Positions 25,643-35,277 of a stretch of 64,000 nucleotides of DNA are shown here, in pieces (position 1 is the stretch's first letter; each line of letters begins with the position of its first letter). Position numbers and translations under genes: made by a program. The notes beneath the pieces were generated by a model that saw only the letters and a program-made list of their open reading frames with translations, made no database searches and was not told the origin of the DNA. The stretch comes from Amphiscolops sp. MND2022 (taxonomy: Eukaryota), in the NCBI GenBank assembly GCA_964187785.1, contig OZ076420.1, positions 13,020,001-13,084,000 of the forward strand. The letters are read 5' to 3'.

Positions 25643-26841
25643 TGTCGGAACGTGCACTAGTCTTACTGATAACTGCATTTTGATCGTTCCCTTCTCCGTG
25701 ACTGGAGGATAACTTTTCCGTTAAAGCCAATACTAGTCCAGTAAGCTCATTAATTTGTCTATTCATACTTGAGAAACGTTGGTCGATAGTCATTTGATCG
25801 GAATGTTGTCCAGAATGAATGAGATTTTCACTGTCTAGTTCATCAATTTGATCTCTTGTGAGGAGGTCGGGAATGCTACATTCACTTTCGGAATCGCTAA
25901 CACGGTCGTTTCCACTTGCTTTACCCATGAATACTGGGATGGAACTTCTTGCCTGAGATCGTGTATTTACCATTTTGTACGAAGAAACTAGGGTTGTTGA
26001 AAGAATTTGAATTGAGATTTTAAGGTTGAATTTAAGTTTGAAGAGAAGGATTAATCTTTCGCAATGATGTAGTAAGCAGCTAAACGTCAAGTTATACCAA
26101 AAGTTAATGGCTGTCTTTTTACACCTCTTATCGATTTCGCAATGTTGGTCACGTGACAACGTCACGTGACTGTATTGACCAATAGCACTGCACTAGTAAT
26201 GAGGTGTTAATTGCGACATACTGGTGGTTGCACCATTTGAGGCTTTACAATGATGTTGCGTTACCATCGTTACGCATAACGTGTTAATTTTACTACACTA
26301 ATTGAAATGAGTAATAATGGGCTATAATGGTGGTATATTACCATCGTTACATGTAAATGTTTAATTTAGAAAGCACTGTGATGTGGTTATATCACAAACG
26401 TCACCTACATATGGGATGAAATATGTTTATGTTACTAGCGCTATATGATTGAGCAATGAAATGAAGCGGTTGAGAAACCAGCGTAGCCTTGTTTAACTAA
26501 TGAAGAAATGAATAAAATAGTTACTTTAAAAATGGTTCTGACGATAGTATATCAACTACATTACGTGATGCACTTTGGGAATGGTTTGAGAAAGGTCATG
26601 TTAAGAGTGTATGATTATAATAAAAATGGGATTGGGTTGTTATGTTATGACATGTAAATAATGCACAAATGATGTAACTGAAGAGTTTTAGTTTTTTGGT
26701 TTTAGTGATGCCGTGTATATGACTACATTCTTTTTTTCCCTTTGCGTTTCGGCGCGTATTGTCGGCTCATGCTTTATCTTTTACTGATGTTGTTTAGTTG
26801 AGAGCATCGTTGTTCAGTATTATCATGCGTCAGGCATGACA
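25643..26841 (-). repeat. 3' LTR (1199 bp)
   Basis: Direct repeat of 39890-41088; I counted 7 substitutions by eye (about 99.4% identity). Confidence 0.98.
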
Positions 26842-26856
26842 CTCCGGGTCTTTTTT
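26842..26856 (-). promoter_or_regulatory. Polypurine tract
   Basis: Minus strand AAAAAAGACCCGGAG directly abuts the 3' LTR TG. Confidence 0.75.
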
Positions 26857-27791
26857 GAAAAGAGCAAGTGGTGGGGGTGGAGGAGAGTTGTTTGTAATTG
26901 TTCGTTTCTATCGGCTGATTTGAGCTTCGTACTGGTTATTCGTCGGAAGTGGCAGTGACGTTGTCATAGTAACTGCATCATGGTGGATGGTTCGGCATCA
27001 TGCTTGGAAAGATGTTCACTGCACTACGAGCACTCCACTTCGGTCAAAAGTAAATATAAAGTCGATGTGGCGAATGTAGCCACGTCATCCAATCGTGCGC
27101 ATTGTTTGCAGTAAGAGAGTGAGAGCGAGAGTGAATTTGCCGGAAATTAATAACGTGGCAGCGTAATATAATCTCTCGGCTCATTCGGTAACTGTTCGGA
27201 AGTGAGAGGTAGTGGAATGTCGTGTGTTTGGTAAACAAATCTTCGTCGATGCCAAATACGATCCCAAAAATAGGCGGTAGCTTGATGCCATTGTGACTTC
27301 GTTTGCTGAGAAAGACAGTTGATTCATGTATTGCGATAAACCGGATGGAGGTAGAATTAAATGTTCATAATCTGAATAAATAAATCAGTAACAATAGGTA
27401 GACGCTTTTCCATTGTTCTTCTTTTTCGTTTGTATTTTGTCGACAGTCCTAACGAGGGATGTACCATCAGCGGTAGTGGGTTTTTGGTAGAATTCGGGTT
27501 GTTTAATTTTGAATTCAGTTTATTGTTTTTTATGTCAGCGTGCGTTGATGTAGTGGCGATCATAATAGTTCGAATTTTTCGATTCTTTGAAGGTGGTTTA
27601 ATGGCGGGTTATAATGTCGAGTTGTGGGTAGACACACTCTTTGAAGGTAAATAGAAAATCTTCTGTATGAGATGATGTGGTTGATCAGGCCTCATCATAT
27701 GCAGATTGAAAATACTGAAATCTGGTAGATCGCAATTCACTCAATTTGTCGCAGTTTGACCTTTCAACAGATAGTTATTGTTATTACTACA

Positions 27792-30700
27792 ATGTCGTCC
27801 GTTGGGCCCTCCGACGAAGAAATTTCTTCGATGATCCAGGCGGCTGAGGGTTTATTAGCAGAAGTGTCGAGTTTGAGTCGCTCCTCTGGAGTTGATGATC
27901 TGGCAGCCGGGGTGGAAGATGTTATCGCTGAAGGAGACGTTCCAGCGTGTTGCCAGTTTGCTGGACGTCTGAGTGCCACGAACGTTGAGTCGGCAGTGAC
28001 TCTGATGGAAATAGCTTTGTCTACCGAATTCCGTAAGTAGTTGTTGCTTTTCCCTTTTTGTAGTTTCATGAGTAGGTTGGAATAACACTTCAAGGGAATT
28101 TGTGTGTAATGGTGTGACGATAGTGGGTAAGGCACATATCGTCACATTGTCTCATAAGCTCTTCCCGGGAACTATTGCCTCGGCTTGACTGTTAGGGTAG
28201 GTTACCTCGTGTGGTGTCATCTTTCGTATTTGTGTGCGTGTGTTCTAGATGAACTCAGTATGTTGGAAATCGTAAAAGTACTGCGTGGGATGCTGCGGAT
28301 CGATTAGCCGTCAACGGGCACTTCTGGTGCCTTTGCAGTAGAGCCGACCCCGGGCCCTTCAGGAACCGTAGCAGTGGAGCCTACGCTGGAAGGCGAACCG
28401 TGTACTTCAACTGGCTAGTATCGTTTGAATGCACTAATGCGTGTTGTTTGAGCTCAGCTTAGGCATGGTCGTCAGGTTGGGGTTGTAGGGTTGTCTGTTG
28501 GAATATCGCAATGTGGTTAGGGCTACCTCATCCAATTCGCAAATCACGGGTGGTTCGTTGTTTAGGTACGCCAGTTCAAGATCCGATGTGTATGAAGGCT
28601 CTGGTTGATTCGATTAATGAACTGGACAAGAAAGTGTCGTCTGTCGTGAAGACGACTATTGAAACAGCGCTGGGACAGAGGGGCACTGTAGGAGCCATGG
28701 CAGTTGAGGAGTTGATAGACCGACTGAAGGCATGCATTGGCAACGCGGGCAATGTGGGCAATGCATCTGGTGCGTCAGCTTTGAGTGATCCTGGTCTTGA
28801 ACAAACTCCGGTAGTGGCACCACCTCGTGGTGCGACTCCAATCCGTGGTGGTGGATCAGTCGCAAGTTCTCCTATGCCGTCAGCGTTCGGAGATGTCCGT
28901 TCAGTGATAGCGTCTGGTGTTTCTGGGGCGGTTGTTCCAAAACCTGGTAAGAATCTCATAAGATCACATGATGGGTTTTAGTGGTTGGGTTATAACATTA
29001 AGGACGAACATCTTTTTTTTTGCTTTTTTTCCTTTTTCTTTGGAAGAAGTTTAGATAGTCGTGGTTTTTGTTTTAGTGCGGACCCGGAAGATAAAGACGC
29101 TCAAGCCGTCCTACTTTGTCTCTGGTGTCGTAGGAACCTTTGTGCGCTTCCCTAGACGAAAGCGTGTTATCGATGGATATGCCCGTTGTCTCCTCTGCAG
29201 AGCTGACTTGAGTATCGCTGGCCGCGGTTTGTCCTCGCTGTGGGACCACTGGAAGGGGGTCGAACACACCAGACTTGAGCAGAAATACCGTATTATGTCC
29301 CAGCGACCATTGCTAGACAAGAGCTGTCGGGCGGTAACTGCTGAAGAAGATCGGAGGATCAGGCGAGAACGTATGTCGGAGCCCCCAATGTTCATGGAGA
29401 CTGAACTGAGTTTGACCGTAGAGGAAATGATTGCTATTGAGGAAGAAGAGGAGCTAGAGGGTCAGCGGCCGCACTTACCCGAGGGAAGCGCAGACTACTT
29501 GTGGCTGTGTAATTTCATCGTCGCTTTTACAAATTCCGCATCGTTCGGTGGAGTCATGAGACTCGTGGACGCCTGGAGTGCCTGTACTTCGACAGAGTTG
29601 CGCTTTGAGTGCAGAGTCCTGAATTACCCTCGATGTCAGGTGTGTATTATGTCAAAATTTTTTTTGTGTGTGTGTGTGTTATGGCGTGATAGTGCTGTGT
29701 TTCGTTGTATTGGATGTGGTTATTGTGTTGCAGAGTTTGGTGTTATATGGTCTCTACCCATACGTTCTGGATCAACTGGATGCGGCTTTGGAAGTTAGCA
29801 GCTGTGCTGGTGTGAGCATTCATCATTGTCATGGTCAATGGCGCTGTGAATGTCATGTCGTCAGTAGTCTTCAGGTGAAGACCCTCGTCCTGTCAGTCGT
29901 GGCCGAATCCAGTGAGTGGGAGAAGCACCTAGTAGAGAACGTTGTGCCCGTCCTTGCCTGTCTGAAGAATGGGGCTGGAATCAAGGTAGTGTCTGTGGAA
30001 GGAGAAGTGCTAGTCGGAAAAGCAATTGCTGCCTCTCTCGCTTCGGATACCCCATTAGTTGTGGGGGTGGTTACCGCACGTACTGTGTTCGAGGAGATTC
30101 GACGTCAGTTCTTAGTCGAATTCAGCGGTTTGGATCCCTTGAGCATCCTAGAATACTTCCGTGTGAGATTGATGCCGTCAGTGCGAGAGCGTTTTCTAGA
30201 CCGGATGCCTAACTTTCGTCAGGTGAGCGAAGAATAATTTCCTTAACCTTTTTTTTCTACGTCTTTTGTGGTGTGGGTTGTAGTTTGGATGTGAAATTTG
30301 CTAAAGGGTTAGGTCGACACTAAGGGATTTTATAAGACTTGTAGCGCTTGTCAATGGAGTAGTGACTTATGATGTAGTAGGATTAACATCGTGGTTGTTG
30401 CCGTAGTATTAATCGGTGTGTGTTTTCTCTTTTTTCTAGTATATACGTTCTGGTGGAGACGACATTTCTCAATTAGCCAGGGTGTGTGGAGAGGTCGTCG
30501 AACAATGGAATGAACTGGCATTGCACTTTGGAGATACCCGTCCGGCCGCAACCTCGGAGCTTATGATTGTGACACCTCTGGAGAAACAAGTGTTCGAGGA
30601 TGCGATGGTGCGACCGCGGTTTGCTATCCTGAGACTCGTCCTTGACCTAAGTGAGTATCTGGTCGTTGCTTCATGTTAGAGGGAGAGAAGAAAAAAGAAA

Positions 30701-32151
30701 GGAGGGGGGTTTTGTTGCATCAGGTGTACTTATTGTGCTATAATAGCAAAAGGTTTTTTCAGGGTGTTCCATGTGTGTATCTTGTTTTAGTGACGTTTGT
30801 TTATGCTGTTTTAGTGGTTAAACACTGCGGGCAGCTATGCGGACAACGCCGCGATCGGAGGCTGGTTGCTGAACGAGAATTAGCTCAGTTTATCCGCGGG
30901 ATAATGGAATTCATTTATCCAATGACGAGAATTCCAGCTGATTACGAGGTCGCAATCCTGTTGAAGCCTTTTGAGTGCGAGTGCGCTGACATCGATGTCA
31001 ACCTTTGTCGACTCCACTTTGGTCAATTCTTCCGCTTTGACGTTAGCTCCCAACTGCCCTTCTTTTATAAGTCTGTACAAAAACTGTTGGTGGCGCTGTG
31101 TAGAAACTTATCGTCAATGTGGCAACGTGTGTGGCCGAACTATCTGAGTTTCACACCGTTCGACCCTACTTTAATCCACAGTGGATCAGACGACCGTCGG
31201 GTTGACGCACTAGTCGAGACGTGTGCTGTCTTGACGAGCCATGGCCTATTAGACATGGGGAGTGGCGGCACTGTACAGCAGCAATATCTTGATGTGATAC
31301 AGTAATTTAAACGCAAATGGACAGCGTTACAAGACGATGATCCTGTGGTAGAGGATGTAATCTCTATGTGGATGTCGTATCCTCATTGGGAGCGATGCAG
31401 TGAACTGAAGCAGGTGATGGATCTTGTCATAACCATCACTATTACTGGCGATTACGAGGTCGATTTCAAAGACGAAGCGTCGACAGCGTTAGATACGGAC
31501 ACTTTGCTATCAAGCTTGCATTTAGTGAGAAGCTGGTTTGCTCACTCGTTTGCGGGAAAGACTCGAAAAAATTTACGGGGACTGCTACGTGTTGCCGAGA
31601 CTACGGACATGCTGGTATCGAGGCTGTCAGACGCTGTGCGTGGCAAGCCATGGGATCAGCTATTGAAAGTAGGACTGGACCAGACCTTGACGCGATGTAT
31701 GAGAGTACTCACAAATGATCTTGACTCGGCTGTAATCCCAATGGTCGACGACTACAGATCGGCAGTTCTAGCGCAGTTGAATGTCATGGAAGTTGTTGCG
31801 ACTAGTCCGATACGACCTTCAACTAGTCCAAAAGCAAAACGTTTCATCGGACCGACTAAAGGCAAAGGGGCACGCACGCAAGCTAATGTCCAAATACCGG
31901 CTGGGTCTAAAGAAGCAAGTACGAGCGGGAAGTCAATCAAAGAGGGTGGACGTCAATCCGATGCTAAAGCAGAGAGGCCGGGCCCTAGTACTCGTGGACA
32001 TCGTGGGAGAAGAACGGGTGGAAAGCCGCGGGGTGCCAAGACCCTGGTTTTGTCGGGTTGTACAAGTAGCCCGATATTACGGAGTCAGACAACGCCGGCG
32101 GCAAAACGAAAGGCTAAGTGGACCATTGTCGAATCTTCCGACGAGAGCTAG
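27792..32151 (+). pseudogene. Spliced antisense cargo gene: hAT-transposase-like protein with a BED-like zinc finger, about 1,100 aa, with premature stops in this copy
   Basis: Candidate exons 27792-28032, 28249 to about 28470, 28566-28946, 29077-29639, 29734-30222, 30440-30650, 30815-32151. GT-AG junctions are phase-consistent at 28032/28249, 28946/29077, 29639/29734, 30222/30440 and 30650/30815. Motifs: CLLC..LWDHWKGVEH; ARVCGEVVEQWNELALHF; ISMWMSYPHWERCSELKQVMDLVITI. Stops at 28305, 28416, 28449 and 31303. Confidence 0.7.
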
Positions 32152-33735
32152 TGGTTGCTAATTCGTTCTCAAAGAAAAACTTCAATCCTCGTTCATTAGG
32201 AAAACACTGTCGTGCGGGAGTAAAACTCCTCAATTTGTCGATTGTTTTATTTGTTATTATTCATGACTATGGACTTGTGTTTTCTTGATTCATATAGTTG
32301 TGTTTTGCATGTTGGTTTTACATGTTTTTGCTCTGTCATTAGTATGCTGTTGTTCTCGTTACGTTTGTTTGGACTCCGTCCTTTCTTGGCTTAGTAGCTC
32401 GAGTAGAATTTACATGTTGCCTGTATTATACTAATTTTTTAGCCTAATTTGCATGTAAACTTAGATAGCTGGTCTCAAAATGTTGGAGCGATAGGCTCAG
32501 CTTTGCAAGTCGTTCAAGTTCTAGTAGAGTAGTCCCCGAGATAACTACCATTGAAAAGCTCCCACTCACCAAGTACCACCCTCGTGTCAGCGTTGTTCAT
32601 GATTATGGCTTTCATATGACAGAGGTGGAAGCTTGGTGGGTGGGTGGAGTCGCTCAACTCCTACAGATGATTTGAACTTTTGAGTAGCTGCTTTTATAGT
32701 GCTTTAGTTGGTTGTTTGACAGGTGTTTACCAACTTAAGTGTCATTCCAATCTGTCAGTTCATGTCGAGTTTTACATATGTTTATTTCTCATGTAGCGTT
32801 ATTCTTGACGTCGTCATCGTTGATGTGTGTCATGCGATGTCATCACTCGTGTCGTGTGTCAAGTGTTAACGTCAATCTTAATGGTAGATGGGTTTCCCCA
32901 TAGCCATTAAACTTTTTGACAAGGGGTGGTGAGTACCATCCCATGTTACGAATCCTCGGTGATGTAGTGAATAAGACTGCAAGTTTTTTTTGTTGTTCTG
33001 TCCTTCCTGTCACGAGGCGAAGCCTACGAATCAACAGTAAGAATGAAAGTGTCATGACCTGAATTCGATGTAGAGGTGACGACTGCATTTTACTGTCCTA
33101 GGAAAAGTTTTACATGTTGTTCATTGGATTGGGAAGGTTATTTGCCGTCGCAAAAGCCCATACAAAACTAACACCGAATCCACTTGCTAAAGAGCAAGCT
33201 TCATCTGAATGTTTGTACAACCACACAGACGACGCACCCACACAGCCGAACCACATCATGATTTCTTGGGCGGAAATGCGGGACTAGATTTCAGCGGCGT
33301 AACTTAACTAAGGCAGCTATCTCTTTTGCATGTTCGGTTGTGTGCTATTACTTTTGCTAAAATGGTTTATTCCTGTTGTCATAAGGTTGGTAAGTACAGA
33401 ATTGCGAAGCAATTCTTTTGAAAGCGTGTGGTTGGGATTTTCTGTGAATTGCATAAATTAGTAGCTCGTGTGCATGTGTATTACATGTACTTGATAATTT
33501 CCGGTTAGTGTGATGTGGTGTGTATGACTGCATTGCATGTATTTACTTTCGCGCTCAGCTGTCTCGGTAGAGAGTAACAATATACTCTGCCGGGAAATTC
33601 AAGTATGTCGGACAGTGAGTATCAGTCGTCACTGAATGGCGTAAAGTAAACTAAGTGATTTAAAGGTATGATTGATGCATGTGGTGATGTAGACTACATT
33701 CAATTACATGAAAAATAAATTTTAACGGAATTCAA

Positions 33736-35277
33736 CTAAAAGTCTGTGGATTTGCGTTGCATGAATTTTACTAGTGCTGGTTTTGCATGTAACTCATGAA
33801 CGAGGAAGGTATTGTATGTTTTTGGTACAGGCGCTTCTCTAAGGCTATATCTGGTGATATTGTTTCGCGTGATTGGTTCGGGTGTTTCAGGTGAGGATGT
33901 GGTCGGTCCTACATCATTGTTGATTGGCAAATTCGTTTCTTCAGGCAGACTTTCAGATTCAGCTTGCTCAGTGTTGCTTGTGTGAACGGTATCTCGTAAT
34001 GACTCGGGTAGGGGTGGAACCTCGTACATTTGTTCCCGTTCATACGAGATGGTACCATGTTGTACATCGGTCATGTCGGATTGTTTGTCAGGGTGAACTA
34101 TTTCGGGCAGAGCGTTCGGCAGAGGTGGAACCTCGTGCATTTGTTCGCGTTCGTAATAGATTGTTCCGTGTTCTTTATCGACTCTCTCAAATTCGTTATT
34201 GTCGATTTCAGTTGTGTTTTCAGCCGGAGTTAGTATATCGGGTGCAGGTAAGTTTTCGTTAAATATGGTTTGGTCGTCGGTAGCGTCTGGATCACTATAG
34301 TGTTTCTTCGCATCGTCATCTATGTCGTCGATGGGGTCGTGTGGTACAAATGGGCGAAGCCGCATTCTATGTACACACTGTGTTCGGAATGTACCCACCT
34401 TTCTAATGATGTAGTTTGAATGTGATAGGACTTTGACTACCTTGTAGGGTCCTTCCCATTTAAAGGAGTTGAAGGGGATTTTGTCAGATTGTGTTGTGAT
34501 TTTAGGATTCAATAGAAAGGCGAAGTCGTTTACTTTCAGTGGTGAAGCTTGCGCTTTTCGGTCGTAGTACGCTTTGTATTTGTGAAAAGCCTTGATGATG
34601 TTGGCGTGCGTCTCTTTGAACTTTGTATTCAGGTTGTCCACTAATGTTTTTGTGTCAACAGCGTTTCGTGGTAGATTCAGAGGGTTGCTAAATTTCAGGT
34701 CTAGAGCGTTATATGGCACTCGGCCGTGGAAGACTTCAGTCGGAGAACATTTTAAGGACTGGTGATAAGTTGTGTTGTGCGCCATCACTGCAAGGTTAAC
34801 ATATCGGTCCCACTGGGGACGGTCCGCAGAGACGTTTATTTTCAGGATCTGTTTTAAACGTCGGTGCGACCTTTCGACCATCCCGATAGATTGGGCGTGT
34901 TTGATTGTCGCGTGTGAGACTTTGATTCCGGCTCTATTCATTAATTCGGTTATAACTTGTGAAGTGAAAGCAGAGCCTTTATCGGTGATAATGTGCTTTG
35001 GTACGTACGCATGCTTTGTGAAAATGTCTAGCAGAGCATCAACGACGGACTTCGTATCAGGTTTACGGATCGGGACAGCAAACAGGTAACGCGAAAAATA
35101 ATCACAAGCCGTCAGGATGTGTGAGTACCCATTAGATCGCGGTAACTCACCTACGAGGTCAATTTCAAGGATGTCTTCAGGGCCGTTGCAGGGGTCGTAT
35201 ATTGGTTCAAGCGGAGGTACTAGAGTATTAGGTTTCGTAGGTTTCGCTTTGATACATTCTTGACAATTGTTTACAAA
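33736..35277 (-). CDS. pol: Pol: integrase (HHCC end, DDE core, GPY/F motif, C-terminal tail)
   Basis: In frame after the premature TAG: NNCQECIK..EIDLVG..ITDKGSAF..GMVER..WEGPYKV; stop at 33736. Confidence 0.95.
   Translation of the reverse strand, partial: FVNNCQECIKAKPTKPNTLVPPLEPIYDPCNGPEDILEIDLVGELPRSNGYSHILTACDYFSRYLFAVPIRKPDTKSVVDALLDIFTKHAYVPKHIITDKGSAFTSQVITELMNRAGIKVSHATIKHAQSIGMVERSHRRLKQILKINVSADRPQWDRYVNLAVMAHNTTYHQSLKCSPTEVFHGRVPYNALDLKFSNPLNLPRNAVDTKTLVDNLNTKFKETHANIIKAFHKYKAYYDRKAQASPLKVNDFAFLLNPKITTQSDKIPFNSFKWEGPYKVVKVLSHSNYIIRKVGTFRTQCVHRMRLRPFVPHDPIDDIDDDAKKHYSDPDATDDQTIFNENLPAPDILTPAENTTEIDNNEFERVDKEHGTIYYEREQMHEVPPLPNALPEIVHPDKQSDMTDVQHGTISYEREQMYEVPPLPESLRDTVHTSNTEQAESESLPEETNLPINNDVGPTTSSPETPEPITRNNITRYSLREAPVPKTYNTFLVHELHAKPALVKFMQRKSTDF

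Noticed and set aside
25587-26165. 192-aa ORF as an independent gene
   Set aside because: It is the gag N-terminus copied in the 3' LTR and running into flanking DNA.
27764-31940. Minus-strand ORFs within the cargo region (27764, 28576, 29111, 30880, 31752)
   Set aside because: Antisense shadows of the plus-strand exons; splice signals and motifs are on the plus strand.
26842-33735. env gene as the explanation of the extra 6.9 kb
   Set aside because: No sense-strand ORF with a signal peptide, furin site or TM anchor; the coding signal is antisense and spliced.
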